Positions 26,326-40,687 are shown, numbered from the stretch's first letter. The stretch: 64,000 nt of DNA from Azolla caroliniana (GCA_043228905.1 JBHGNT010000016.1:4960001-5024000); one strand, 5' to 3'. The notes: a model not told the origin generated them from the sequence alone. Numbers and translations: made by a program.

Positions 26326-27399
26326 GCTGAAGCAGCATTCATCATTCATGGATGTGTGGTATGTATGTATGTATATATATATATGCAGCAGGTAAAGTAA
26401 GGATCAATATGTGTGTGTACTTTATGTGAATCCAATTTGTGTATAGGGGAGCATAGATCATTGCATTATGAATTCATGCCAGGTATGCAGGTAAAGTAAA
26501 GGATCAATCAATATGTGGGTTTAGGGTTTAGGGAATATGCGTGTGTGTATATTTCTGTGTGAATCCAAATGTTGATATAGTGTATAGCAATTTTAGGTGT
26601 GGGATAATGCTGTTTGATTAATTACGTGTCAACATTAAGCAAGCATTGTTTCATTAATTATGCGAGCAACATGGCTTTTCTGGTCCGTGTTAATCAAATT
26701 ATATATGTTACCGACGGTGTTTATCAACGCCAACACATCCCTCTGAGATAGAAAACTATCAATCAGTCGTGATGAACTCTAGCAGAGTAGTAGCAGTACC
26801 AGTAGTGAATGGGTCTCTTTACATCTCTGTGTACTGCTAAAACTATTCACAGGCAAATTTGGCCTTGTTGTAACTGTATTATTGCACGCTTGCCAAGCAA
26901 ACATTTAAATGAAAAAAACCCCATTCTTTAATTTTGGTTGGAGATTCAATCTGAATTTGTGTGTACGAGGAGAATGTTTTCAAATGTTCTTTTCAGAATT
27001 TACAACTTGATTCTCTGCAAATAAGAATCACAATTGATACCTTGTTGTAATTTCATTTTATTCAATGGATTCAAGGTCGTTGCCAATTTATTTCAATGTG
27101 TCCATTAGGTTATCATACTAGTCTTACACGCTAATTACAAGTCTGGGTTTGGTTAATTTACAAATGCTAATTAGAAGGGTATGTATGAATCATTGACCTC
27201 TTTTTTCTTTAGAATTAGCATCTTATAGTGCAAATCATGCCATTATCGCAAGCAAGCCGAAAAAGAGTTGTCCATAAATAAATAAACACAAATTAGTCAC
27301 AAAAATTTCTTTAGCTAAATGCCATAACCACTTGCGACACTAACAAGCTCATGATCCCGCAGCTTGTTCCCATCCACTTTGGTATGATTAGCAATATTT

Positions 27400-27930
27400 G
27401 TTTCAATGAATCCCCGTCCTGGGCGTAATGGTACAGGTGAGAAGGTTGCGTGCATGTTCAATTAATTTTGGGTTCATTTTAGAAAGGTCAGCCACAATAA
27501 TGTCTTGTGAGTGTGAGCGCGCGTGAGAGAGTGTCAAGAGCGCGACGTAATGAAGAAGAACAAGAAGCGTGAAGCGTGCTAACACAGTTGTGGCTGTGAA
27601 AGGGAAGAGCGACAGAGAGCTAACACAGTAGTGGTTGTGCGAGTGACATAGCTCGGAAGCTGAGTGTGAAGAGTGTAACAGAGAAGAAAGAGAAGCTTTG
27701 AAAGCTTAGAAGGATATAGATACTTACTAGTTAGGGTTTGGTGCACTTTGGTGGAATCACTTACGAGTACATCCATACCAAATCAAGTTCTATCATTCTA
27801 TACTTGTATTTCTTCTTGTCTAATAGTGGAAATTTCTGTTCACCGTGGTTTTTCCTTGAAATCAAGGTTTTCCATGTAAATCGTGTGTTGCTTGTTTTTT
27901 GTTTGTTTGTGTTACAATATATCTGTGGTT
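27400..27930 (+). mobile_element. Probable degenerate Copia-type LTR fragment
   Basis: Contains caccgtggtttttcc...ggttttccatgtaaatc, similar to the U5 motif in the Copia LTRs of this window; ends and TSD not resolved. Confidence 0.35.
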
Positions 27931-29733
27931 AACTTCTGAGTGTAAGGTCTATCATAATGGTCTGATCTTTAAGCCTACTTGGGCCATAATACGTAGGAAT
28001 CGTCGTGCAATGGTAGCTTGTCACACTCGATTAAAAGATTGTGTGTTCAATATCATGCAACTTGTCACATCTACATTAAAAGATTGTGTATTTGATACCA
28101 TATGATCGTCACGCTGTACATTAACAGATTGTGTGTTTAATATCATGTGATAGCATTGTGGTACAATGGAACATTAAAAGGTTGGGTGTTTGATATGATA
28201 TGATATTGTGATATGATGTGATATTGTGACTAGTTTATGAAATCATAGTACCTGGTGCGGCAATAATGGCGCCTCACACTCTACCTCAAAAGGTTGCAAG
28301 TTCAATTCATATTATATCATGGCTTATTCAAGTTGAACATGTAGGATTTGTGTTGCAATGGTAGTGCGTCTAACTCTAGATCAGAAGGTTGTGTGTTTGA
28401 TTCATATCGGGGTCCTTTTTGGAAGGTCAACCACAATGATGGTCTTATTCATTGGCCATAACAATACATAGGATTCATCATGTAATAGCTAGTTCATATT
28501 TTTAACACATAGGGTATGTGGTGCAATGGTGGCATGTCTGACTCCAGATCGACCGGTTACGTGTTCGATTCACGTCTGTTTCATTTCTGAAAGGTTGACA
28601 ATAATAACGGTGTTATCCATTGGCTTCCTTCGGCCATAATAATATGTAGGATTAGTCATGCAACTAGGTCTTTTTTCAAACATGTAAGATCCGTGGCGCA
28701 ATGGTAGCGTGTCTGACTCCGGATAAGAAGGTTGCGTGTTCGATTCATTTCAAGAAGATCAACCACAATGGTCTTAATCGTCGGCGTCCTTGGGCCATAA
28801 GAATATGTAGGATACGTCGTGCAATATGTTTTCATGCAACTAGCTCATTTTACGAATATGTAGGATACGTGGCGCAATGGTACCACATCTGACTCTAGAT
28901 CAGAAGGTTGTGTGTTCGATTCTCACCGGATTCATTTCAGGAAGGTCGACCACAATCACAGTCTTATCCTTGGGCCACAACAGTATATAGGATTCGTCGT
29001 GTAATAACATCTCGGCTACATTGACGGTCTTATCCTTGGGCGATAACAATGACGCCTTCTTGGATTTGTTGTGCAATAAATTTTTCGAACACGTGTAGGA
29101 TCTCTAGCACAATGGTAGCATGTCTAATTCTAGGTTAGAAGGTTGCATGTTCGATTCACGTCAGGTTCATTTTAGGAAGGTCGACCACAATGACAGCCTT
29201 ATCCAACGACCTCCTTGGTGCATAACAATATGTAGGATTTGTCGTGCAATAGATAAGGCGTTCGATAGTGTAACTAGTTCATTTTTCGAACACGCAGGAT
29301 CCGTGGCGCAATGTTCATTTCAGCAACGTCGACTAGAATGACGGATAAGCGTCGGCCTCCTTTGGCCATAACAATATGTAGGATCCGTTGTGCAATAGAT
29401 AAGGAGTGTTCGTTAGTGCATTAGTTCATTTTTTAAGCACGTAGGATCCATGGCGCAATGGTAGTGTGTTTGACTGCAGATCAGAAGGTTGCGCGTTCGA
29501 TTCACGTCGGGTTCATTTTTGGAAGGTCGACCACAATGACAATCTTATCTTTCAGCCTCCTTGGGCCATAACAATATGTAGGATTCCTCGTGCAATAGCT
29601 AAGTTGTGTTCAATAGTTCATGTTTAGAACACGTAGGATCTATGGCGCAATGGTAGCGCGTTTGACTCCAGATTAGAAGGTTGTGTGTTCGATTCACGTC
29701 AGGTTCATTTCATGAAGGTCGACCACAAAGATA

Positions 29734-31494
29734 TGTTGGGATCTGGTTATGAATGAAGAGGACACTTGGTGAAAACCGGAGGAGGTTTGGTGAGAACTGG
29801 AAGAGAAGACATATTTGTAAATATATTTTGAGTAAGCCTATTGAGGCTATATTTGTAAATAGCCCTAAGTTCATATAAGTATAAATATGACTTAGGGCAA
29901 TCACTTTGATAGTATGTGTGTAACTATTGTCATATTGTTGTTATGAGTATAACTGTTGTAGACAGAGAGAGAGAGGGAGAGAGCAAGAGAGTAGCTACAA
30001 GCACTCTATGTTGTAATTGGTGAGAACTGGAAGAGAAGACATATTTGTAAATATATTTTGAGTAAGCCTATTGAGGCTATATTTGTAAATAGCCCTAAGT
30101 TCATATAAGTATAAATATGACTTAGGGCAATCACTTTGATGGTATGTGTGTAACTATTGTCATATTGTTGTTATGAGTATAACTGTTGTAGACAGAGAGA
30201 GAGAGGGAGAGAGCAAGAGAGTAGCTACAAGCACTCTATGTTGTAATTGGTGAGAACTGGAAGAGAAGACATATTTGTAAATATATTTTGAGTAAGCCTA
30301 TTGAGGCTATATTTGTAAATAGCCCTAAGTTCATATAAGTATAAATATGACTTAGGGCAATCACTTTGATGGTATGTGTGTAACTATTGTCATATTGTTG
30401 TTATGAGTATAACTGTTGTAGACAGAGAGAGAGAGGGAGAGAGCAAGAGAGTAGCTACAAGCACTCTATGTTGTAACCACCGTCTGACGAAGATCGCGAG
30501 CATGAGGTCGTTGCCTCTGTGTCTCAACTTTGTATTTCCTCTCATATAGTAATAGTTGGAGTCCGTGGTCTCCCGTGTTTTTTCCCTATTAGGGTTTTCC
30601 ACGTAAATATTCTGTGTACTCTCTACTTCCTATTTCTGTGATTCAAGACTCGGTTGTGGCCGAGGAATATTCCACGATATTCTCTTCAATCCGGCATCAA
30701 AGCGAACAACATAGGAAATGGAAGAATCGTTCGATAGCATGTTCAAGCTCACTGGTTCCAACTACTCAATGTGGAAGTCGAAGATGAGGGATATGGTACT
30801 GGTTAAAGATCTTTGGTTGCCGGTTCAATTCAGGGACAAGAGACCGGATAAGATCGATGCCACAATGTGGTGTTGGGAGATAGGTCCCTCTGGATGGGAA
30901 GGGAGAAGAACAGTGCCGATGAACAAACTTGGCTGAGGCCGAAACCGGATGACGAGTACTCGGCTACGGAGAGCCGGATGGTACAGACCCGGTGAAGACC
31001 GGATGAGGAGTATCCGGCTACGGAGAGCCGGATGGTACAAACCCGGTGAAGACCGAATGAGGAGTACCCGGCTACGGAGAGCCGGATGGTACAGACCCGG
31101 TGAATACCGGATGAGGAGTACCCAGCTACGGAGAGCTGGATGGTACAGACCCGGTGAGAACCGAATGAGGAGTACCCGGCTACAGAGAGTCGGATGGTAC
31201 AGACCCGGTGAGAACCGGATGAGGAGTACCCGGCTACAGAGAGCCGGATGGTGCAGACCCGGTGAGAACCGGATGAGGAGTACCCGGCTACGGAGAGCCG
31301 GATGGTGTAGACCCGGTGAGAAGTGCTCACCGGATGAAGAGACATATTCGTAAATATGTTTCTGAGAGTTCATCATGGCTATGTTTGTAAATAGCCGAAA
31401 AGTCATATTAGTATAAATATGACTTAGGGCAAACTCTTAGCTTATGTGGTTGTCATTCTTGTTGGTGCAAGAAAAGAGAGAGCGCGTAACTGTG

Positions 31495-31531
<37 letters not shown>

Positions 31532-32834
31532 GTCGTTGCATCTGTTGTAACCGCCGCCTGTGGTGAGGATCGTGAGCACGAGGTCGTTGCCTCTGTGAAC
31601 TCATTGTTGTACATTCTAACATAGTGATAGTTTGCAGCCTGTGGGCTGCCGTGATTTTTCCCTTAGTTTGGGTTTTCCACGTAAACATCCTGCGTACTCT
31701 TCTCTTCTTCGTGTCGTACTTTATTTCCCGTTTTTTCTGTGTATGATTCTAAGCTCGGTTGTGGCCGAGCATTGCGTATAGGGAGCGTTTCAGTTCTTGT
31801 CATGTGGGAGGTGATGCACATGAAGACGAAGACATACATCCGGTGTTTCATCAACATGAGCTTGTACAACAACTTCAATGAAGAGAGCAAGGCTCATGAA
31901 CTCAAGGAGAAGATCAACATCATGTTCCAGAACAAGAATGCCGTTAATCGGGTTTCGGTATTCTGGAAGCTAGTGAGGCTCCGGTACCAAGACGACTCTA
32001 GTATGGCAGAGCACATGAATGCCTTCTAGGGGTTGATACACCAAGCAACCTCGTTGGAAGTACCTCTTGCCGATGAGGTACTCGCATTACTCCTGCTCGG
32101 TTCCCTCCCAGATAGTTGGTAGACACTAGTTGTCACGTTGGGCAATGTCGGGCCAGAAGGAAAACAGTTGTCCCTAGCAAGGGTAAAATCAAGCTTGCTA
32201 GATGAAGCTCGCCGGAAGGACTGGGAGTTCGGAACCGATCTGAAGGCCTTGGTCACGGAAGATGACCACAACTGGGGAAGAGGCCGCTATCGAAGTCCCC
32301 AAAACTGGGACAAATCGGGTATGAGGTCGAAGTCAGGGGGAGGCCTATTTGCTTCTACTGTGGGAAGCCATGGCACTTCTAGAAGAACTGCTGATATTTC
32401 CGGAAAGAGAAAGAAACCGGTACTACCGATTTGAAGAAGAGTTCGGACCGAAATGGTTCGGACTGGAGAGGCCTGGATCGGAAGGGAACGTCGGAAATTG
32501 CGACAAGTGAAGAAGAACCGATGCTCATTACTGAGGAGAATGAGTTAAACCTAGTCGGCGACGAGACAACGTGGGTTGTCAATTCCGGAGCGTTGTCCCA
32601 CCTAAGACCAGATCAGAAATGCTTCTCATTCTACATAGCTGGTGATCATGGTTGTGTCCGGATGGGGAATGAAGGTACATGCCGAATTATCGGCATAGGA
32701 GATGTGTTGTTGACGACATCAACCGGATGCAAGTTGCTGCTGAAGAATGTCCGACACGTTCTGGAGGTTCGACTAAACCTGATATCATCCGGTCGGCTAG
32801 ATGATGAAGGCTACATGGGTAGCATCCGGAACGA
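29734..32834 (+). mobile_element. Truncated, degenerate Ty1/Copia retrotransposon (5' LTR 29734-30688, PBS, gag, zinc knuckle, protease)
   Basis: TG...CA LTR with three tandem copies at 230-bp period; PBS-like ccggcatcaaagc (iMet type); gag MEESFDSMFKLTGSNYSMW; CFYCGKPWH zinc knuckle; protease-like WVVNSGALSH; multiple stops. Confidence 0.88.
30871..31802 (+). mobile_element. Solo LTR (family A) nested in the Copia gag; carries ~7 x 54-bp tandem units
   Basis: TGTTGGGAGA...GTCA termini, TSD TGTGG; gag frame resumes after it. Confidence 0.9.
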
Positions 32835-33842
32835 TGTCGCGAAGTTTTGTGCGTGTGTGTTACTTGGGCAGGACCACGGGGGTCTTGGAGTAGGGAGTAC
32901 TGAGGGGATAGAGAAGACCCGAGGTTTGCTTTATGACAATACTACTTCCCGACCCCTTCTCGAGCAAGGGCTCGTTGCCCATTTTTGTGAGGCCGGTGGC
33001 TTTCGTTGATCACGACTCGTCAAGTTTTCAAGATCACCGCACGAGCCAAGTTATCAAATGGGTACAAGCAAAGATGAGCACGCAAGATGAACGCACAAGG
33101 GGACGATAACACAAACACGAATGCCTGTACATCTTTATGAGGAGGAGAGGTGCATGGGCAATGCCCGAACGCTCCCTCGTCACAAGACGTCAAACGTACA
33201 AGGAAGATACAAAACACACGCACAAATGCTCGTATGCCTTTATGAGGAGGAGAGTTGCATGGGCAAAACCGAACGCTCCCTTGTCACAAGACGACCAAAT
33301 GTACAAGGAAGACAAAAACACACGCACAAATGCTCGTACGTCTTTATGAGGAGGAGAGGTGCACGGGCACACCCGAAACGCTCCCTCGTCACAAGATGAC
33401 CGAACGTACAAGGAAGACACAAACACATGCACAAAATGCTCGTATGCCTTTATGAGGAGGAGAGGTGCATGGGCAAAACCGAACGCTCCCTTGTCACAAG
33501 ACGACCAAATGTACAAGGAAGACAAAAACACACGCACAAATGCTCGTACGTCTTTATGAGGAGGAGAGGTGCATGGGCACACCCGAAACGCTCCCTCGTC
33601 ACAAGATGACCGAACGTACAAGGAAGACACAAACACATGCACAAAATGCTCGTACGCCTTTATGAGGAGGAGAGGTGCATGGGCAAGCCCGAACGCTCCC
33701 TCGTCACAAGACGACCGAACGTACAAGAAGACACAAGCACACACACAAATGCTCGTACGCCTTTATGAGGAGGAGAGGTGCATGGGCACGCCCGAACGCT
33801 CCCTCGTCACAAGACAGCTGAACGTACAAGTGGACGAGAACA

Positions 33843-33874
<32 letters not shown>

Positions 33875-33941
33875 AAAACACGAATCATATTGGCTAAAGA
33901 AATAAATACGTCTTCGATTCCAACGCAAGAGGACCCTTTAT
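32835..33941 (-). mobile_element. Truncated LTR (family D) with ~105-120 bp internal tandem repeats
   Basis: Reverse complement of 35593-36586; starts TGTCGCGA inside Copia pol and ends abruptly at the minus-strand tRNA array. Confidence 0.8.
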
Positions 33942-34829
33942 AAAATATGAACCCGACGTGAATCGAACACGCCACCTTTTGATATGGAGTCAAACCCACT
34001 ACCATTGTGCCACATATCGTATGTGTTCAAAAAATAAACTAGTTGCACTATTGTACGACGAATCATATGTATTGTTATGGCCCAAGGAGGCCGATGGATA
34101 AAACCGTCATTGTGGTTGACCTTCCTAAAATGAACCAGACGTGAATCAAACACGAAACCTTCTAGTCTAGAGTTAGACACATTGCCATTGCATCACACAT
34201 CCTACATGTTCAAAACATGAACTATCAAACATGCCTTAGCTATTACAAGACAAATCCTACATCTTGTTATCGCCCAAGAAGGCCAACAGATATGAAAGTC
34301 ATTGTAATAGACCTTCCTGAAATGAACCTGACGTGAATCAAACATGCAACCTTCTGATCTGGAGTTAGACGCGCTACCATTGCACCAGGGATCCTACATG
34401 TTCGACAAATGAACTAGTTGCACTATCGAACACACCTTAGCTATTGCACGACGAATCCTACACATTGTTATGGCTCGAGGAGGCTGACATTGTGGTCGAT
34501 CTTCCTGAAATGAACCCGACGTGAATCGAACACGCTACGTTCTGATATGGAGTCAGACGCGCTACCATTGCGCCACAGATCCTACGTGTTCAAAATATGA
34601 ACTATTGAACATGCCTTAACTATTGCACGACGAATCATATATCTTGTTATGGCCGACGTATAACAAAGTCATTGTGTCCGTCCATACTGAAATGAACCTG
34701 ACGTGAATCAAATACGCAACCTCTTGATCTGGAGTCTAACGTGCTACCATTGCGCCATAAATCCTACGTGTTTGAAATGTGAACTATCCAACAAGCCTTA
34801 GCTATTGCACAACAGATCTTGCATATCAT

Positions 34830-36586
34830 TGTCGTGATGTGGCGTGCTCGAGAGTGGGAAAAACCGGCGAAAGGGGGGGTCAAAATGTGCATGTGCAATG
34901 TGTGTGCACACAAAGGCGATTAATTGTGCATATGCAAAATAAAAAGGAAAAGAAAGGGTGGAAAGGAGGTATAGAAGCTCATGCAAAAATTAAGAGAGAG
35001 GAGAGATAAAAGGTAGAGGGGAGAAAGACTATGAATTTATAGAGATAGATTTAAATATATATTATATAAGAGAGAGTTAATGGGCTAGTGGATAGTCACA
35101 TTGACTTCTAGCTAGAGGTGCATGGTTCAAATGTAGTCTAATTCCTTCTTAATTGAAGATAAAATTGGCGACCCCCCTTCCTTTTTTTCTATAAAAGGAG
35201 GTCGAGGGGGGCTCATTCGGGAGGACGTTTTGGGAGGAGGAGACTATCGCCAATTTTCCTTCGAAGCTCTTCATCTTCTTATTCACCACTTCTCTTCATC
35301 TCATACCCCTTCATCCCCCCATCGCCACGTGCTCGTCTCCTTCGCATCGGCACTCGAAGTGCTCGTGAGCCCAAGCTTCGTTGGTTCAACGTTGCTCCAC
35401 TCCGTTCGTCGTTGCGAGCCCGTGTGCTCGCCATTCGGGTGGTCGTGGTTCATTGGGATTGGCATTTTGGTGGTGCTCGTGTGTTCATCTTAGCCGTGTT
35501 CAGATTTGCTTTTGTCTCTAAGGGCATTTAATATTTATGTTTTGATTGAGCTTGTGGTTAACTATAAGTTGCCATTGTAAACAAAACCCTAATTTATAAA
35601 GGGTCCTCTTGCGTTGGAATCGAACACGTATTTATTTCTTTGGTCCATATCATTCGTGTTTCTTTCTCTCCTTCTTTCTTTATTCGTGTCTTCCTTGTAC
35701 GTTTGGCCGTCTTGTGACGAGGGAGCGTTTCGGGCGTGCCCATGCACCTCTCCTCCTCATAAAGGCGTACGAGCATTTGTGTGTGTGTTTGTGTCTTCCT
35801 TGTACGTTCGGCTGTCTTGTGATAAGGGAGCGTTTCGGGCGTGCCCATGCACCTCTCCTCATAAAGACGTACGAGCATTTGTGTGTGTGTTTGTGTCTTC
35901 CTTGTACGTTCGGCCGTCTTGTGACGAGGGACTGTTTCGGGCTTGCCCATGCACCTCTCCTCCTCATAAAGGCGTACGAGCATTTTGTGCGTGTGTTTGT
36001 GTCTTCCTTGTACGTTCGGTCGTCTCGTGATGAGGGAGCGTTCGGGCTTGCCCATGCACCTCTCCTCCTCATAAAGGCGTATGAGCATTTTGTGTGTGTG
36101 TTTGTGTCTTCCTCGTACGTTCAACGTCTTGTGACGAGGGGGCATTTTGGGCGTGCCCATGCACCTCTCCTCCTCATAAAGGCGTACGAGCATTTGTGCA
36201 TGTGTTTTGTGTCTTCCTCGTACGTTTGACGTCTTGTGACGAGGGAGCGCTCGGGCGTGCCCATGCACCTCTCCTCCTCATAAAGACGTATGGACATTCG
36301 TGTTTGTGTTATCGTCCCCTTGTGCGTTCATGTTGCGTGCTCATCTTGCTTGTACCCGTTTGGTCACTTGGCTCGTGCGGTGATCTCGAAAGGTCGACGA
36401 GTCGTGAACAACGAGAGGCCCCGGCCTCACAAAACAAAGGGCAACGAGACTTTGCTCGGGAAGGGGTCGGGAAGTAGTATTGTCGTAAAGCAAACCTTGG
36501 GTCTTTTCTAGATCCCTTGAGTACTCTCTAGTCCAAGACCCCCGTGGTCCTGCCCAAGTAACACACGTGCGCGAAACTTCGTGACA
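34830..36586 (+). mobile_element. Long solo LTR (family D, ~1.76 kb)
   Basis: TGTCGTGA...TCGTGACA termini, 4-bp TSD TCAT, TATA box (tataaaagg ~35190), tandem repeats at 35680-36300; removing it restores the array spacer. Confidence 0.8.
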
Positions 36587-36822
36587 TCATTATGGCCCAA
36601 GGATAAGACCATCATTGTGGTCGACCTTCCTAAAATGAACTTGACGTGAATCGAATACACAACCTTCTGATCTAGAGTCAGATGCGCTATCATTGCACCA
36701 TGGATCCTACGTGTTCGAAATATGAACTATCGAATACGCCTTAGCAATTGCGTGACGGATCCTACATATTGTTATGGCTCAAGAGGGCCGACGAATAAGA
36801 CCATCATTGTCGTCGACCTTCC

Positions 36823-37130
36823 TGTTACCTGTAAGAATATACGGGGAGGCATAAGGGTATGTGTAATGATGTGTATATATAATATGAATAAGTGTGTAAG
36901 GATGAGTATGTGTATGTGTATGAACACATGCAAATTTGTGTGCATGTGTACAAAAGTGAGAAAGTGGGTAAGTAATGTAACTCCCTACTTGTCTCATTCT
37001 TTATTTGTAATGCTTCCCTCTTGTACTATATAAACCCACCCATGGGGGCATAATAGAACATAGCTTTTTCCCTCTCATTTTGTGTTTGTCTCATTATTTC
37101 TTTTTCCCTCATTTGGTGTTTGTAACAACA
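36823..37130. mobile_element. Short solo LTR (family C, ~308 bp)
   Basis: TGTT...AACA termini, flanks CTTCC/GTTCC, internal TATA; interrupts an array spacer. Confidence 0.7.
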
Positions 37131-37310
37131 GTTCCTAATGAACCCGACGTGAATCGAACACGCAACCTTCTGATTTGGAGTTAGATGCGCTACCATTTCG
37201 CCACGGATCCTAATTGTTCAAAAATTAAACTAGTTGCACTATCGAACACACATTAGCTATTGCACGATGAATCCTACACATTGTTATGGCCCAAGGAGGC
37301 TGACTGATAC

Positions 37311-38765
37311 GGCTCCTCGAGAGGTATGGTTTCGATGACTCGCTTCGGCTGTTGAAGCGGGAATTCATGGAGTGGTTCGAGAGCCTCGACTGCTCCTCCA
37401 GGAGTTCGAGAAACGGTTTGCTCGGATCTTGGCATTAGACAGGACCATGCTCGATACGAGTTGCATCCTACTATTTATCAAGGGAGAAGGTGGGTCTCCT
37501 ACTGGAGACGAATGAAGGGCTCACGGCTGATTGGGCCGTGGTAAAAAGGGTTTGTAGCCGTTTCAACAAGCGGCGTGAGTGGAGCAACGCGGGTCCATCG
37601 GCAGCAGGCCCGACAGTGGGGAAAATGCTAGAAGAACCGATTCCGGCTCGAACGGAGGAGACACGGAGGTTGATCGAGTCGTGTGGTTTCGACCGACGTG
37701 GTCAAAGGCCCATCTAGGGGCACGACCCTGGAAGAATTAACTAAGATGGTACGTGAACTCTAGATCGCGCAGACCCAGAGAGATAGTGGGGGACAGCCGC
37801 GTGACCGGAGGCCTCCGATCGACCAGCGATGCATGTGGTGCGACGCGGTCTGCCACACCCGGAGGGAGTGTGCGGATTTTGCCGAGGCTCTTCGAAATAA
37901 CATAGTGTACCTATGGAATGGGCGGGTGCACGCGTATGAGACCCAGAAACCCCTAGAACTGAATACCAGTCAGTGCAGGATGAAGCGGTTAACGGAATAA
38001 ACCGCAGCGCAACACGCCGACGCAGCGTCGACAGGTATGTGGGTTGAGGGCGATGGCTGTTTGAAACCAAAGGACTCAGGGTTCTCGCCATTGGTGCTAG
38101 AAGGTCTTTCCGGAGTGCGGTTGAGAAAGAACGAAGCGGACGGCGTAGAGAAGCGGGTTTGGGAGGTTACGGGATGGTATGATTCGGTGGAGGAAAAGAC
38201 CGGTTTTGTAGAGGCGGTGTGCCAGAACTATGAAGTTTTAGTGGAAGATAAGTGAACGGGAAAAGGCGGAGGAGCAAGACCCACGAATCGGTACGAGAGA
38301 CGACGCGCACCGAAGAAGAGCAGCGCCGGGGCTTCTGGTTCACAGGAAGGTTGAAGTCGGTAGGTTACCGATTGGGTTCGGAAATTGAAAGGGCGATGGA
38401 CTTGCGGAAAGTCCTCAAAGAACAAATCATCGATAGCAGGGTAGAGCTGTCTCTGAGAGAAGTTTTGGGAATCGCCAAGAAGGAGGTCCACGAATCCATC
38501 GTGGACTTGGTGAAACGTAAATGGCGGATGACGGAGACAAAACTGGAAATACCCGTAGAGGTAAGAATGGCGCACCTAGATGACGTGGCCGTGGAAGACA
38601 AATTTTTGGAGACATTACATAAGACCGTATTGGGCGAGTGCAACTACGAAGATACCCGTCCGAATCAGGAATGTCCAAGAACCGGTGGTGCCCTTGATAG
38701 ACCATGAGAGCCGAAATCAACCTAATGTCCATGGATTTCTACAAGAAAGGGAAGTCGCCGATCCG
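37311..38765 (+). mobile_element. Degenerate Gypsy gag-protease fragment related to the element at 41343-48967
   Basis: GLLLETNEGLTADWAVVKRVC, DLRKVLKEQIIDSRVELSLREVLGIAKKE and PYWASAT are homologous to 42075-44188; frameshifted, no LTRs. Confidence 0.85.
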
Positions 38766-40172
38766 TTGGCTTCTGTAGGCCTTAACAATATGTAGGATTC
38801 GTCGTTCAATTGCTCAGGCGTGTTCGATATTGCACTAGTTCAGTTTTCAAACGCGTAGGATCTGTGGCGCAATGGTAGCGTGTCTGACTCAAGATCAGAA
38901 GGTTGTGTGTTCGATTCAAGTTGGATTCATTAGGAAGGTCAACGAAACTAACGGTCTTATCCTTGCGCCATAACCATATGTAGGATCTATCGTTCACTTG
39001 CTAGGATGTTCGATTCACGTCAGGTTCATTTCAGGAAGGTAGGCCACAATCACTTTCTTATCCGTCGGCTTCCTTGGGCCATAACAAGATGTAGGATTTG
39101 TCGTGCAATAGCTCAGGCATGTTCGATAGTTTATATTTCGAACACGTAGGATCCATAGTGCGTCTAATTCCTAATTAGAAGGTTGCATGTTCGATTCAAG
39201 TCGTCGTTCAATTGCTAAGGTGTGTTCGATAGTGCACTAGTTCATTTTTCAAACACGTAGGATTCATTGCGCAATGGTAGCACGTCCGACTCCAGATCAG
39301 AAGGTTGTGTGTTCGATTCAAATTGGGTTCATTAGGAAAGTTGACGAAACTAACGGTCTTATCCTTGGGCCATAACAATATGTAGGATCCGTCGTTCAAT
39401 TGCTAAGATGTGTTCGATAGTGCACTAGTTCCTTTTTCAAACACATAGGATATGTGGCGCAATGGTAGCGCGTCGAGCTCCAGATTAGGAGGTTGCGTGT
39501 TTGATTCACGTCGGGTTCATTTCAAGAAGGTCGCGTGTTTGATTCACGTCGGGTTCATTTCAAGAAGGTCGGCAACAATCACTTTCTTATCTTGCGGCCT
39601 CCTTGGGGCATAACAAGATGTAGGATTCGGTATGTAATAGCCAAGGATCCGTAGCGCGTCTAATTCCAGATCAGAGGGATGGGTGTCCGATTGAAGTCGG
39701 GTTTTTCCTTGGGCCATAACAATATATAGGAGTCGTCATGCAATAGTTAAGGTGTGTTCCATAGTGCATTAGATCATGTTTTAAACACATTGGATCTGTG
39801 GTGTAATGGTAGCGCGTCTGACTTTAGATCAGAAGGTTGCGTGTTCGATTTATGTTGGGTTCATTTTAGGAAGGTCAGCCACAATAACTTACTTATCTGT
39901 CGGTCTCCTTGGGCCATAACAAGATTTAAGATTCGGCGTGTAATAGCGACGACATGTTCAATAGTTCATGTTTCGAACACGTAGGATCCGTCGCGCATCT
40001 AATTCCTAATCAGAAGGTTGCATGTTCGATCCAATTCGGGTTCGTTTTAGGAAAGTTGACCACAATCACAGTCTTTTCCGTTGGCCTGCTTGGGCCTTAA
40101 CAATATGTAGGATTCGTCATGGAATAGCTAAGGCGTGTTCCATAGTGTATTACATCATGTTTTGAACATGTT

Positions 40173-40244
40173 GGATTCGTGGCGCAATGGTAGCGTGTCT
40201 GACTCCAGATCAGAAGGTTGCGTGTTCGATTCACGTCGGGTTCA
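40173..40244 (+). tRNA. trnW(CCA): tRNA-Trp(CCA), near-intact (G10-U25 wobble), followed by TTTT
   Basis: One change relative to the 52592 copy; cloverleaf, A and B boxes intact. Confidence 0.8.
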
Positions 40245-40687
40245 TTTTAGGAAGGTCGGCCATAATAATTTCTTATCAGTCAGTCTCGTTGGGCCATAAA
40301 AAGATCTAGGATTCGTCGTGCAATAGCTCAGGCATGTTGGATAGTTCATATTTCGAACACGTAGGATCCGTGGCGCAATGGTAGCACGACTGACTCCATA
40401 TCAGAATGTTTCATGTTCGATTCACTTTGGGTTCATTTCAGCAAAGTGGGCCACAATGACTCACTTATCGGTCGGCCATAACGATATGTAGGATTTGTCA
40501 TGCAATAGGTAAGGCATGTTCAATAATGCAACTAGTTTGTTATTTGAGCACGTAGGATCCGTGGCGCAATGGTAGCCCGTATGATTCTAGATCAGAAGGT
40601 TGCGTGTTCGATTCACGTCTGGTTCATTTCATGAAAGTCGACCACAGTGACGCACTTATCGGTCGACCTCCCAGGGCCATAACTATG

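Noticed and set aside
25534-26349. Long antisense and alternate-frame ORFs over CDC20 exon 5
   Set aside because: Expected from high GC at third codon positions of the real CDS.
26517-26533. gggtttagggtttaggg telomere-like motif
   Set aside because: Only about two units; common telo-box-type microrepeat, not an interstitial telomere.
30825-31406. Repetitive 18-aa-unit ORFs
   Set aside because: Product of a 54-bp minisatellite in an LTR, open in several frames on both strands.
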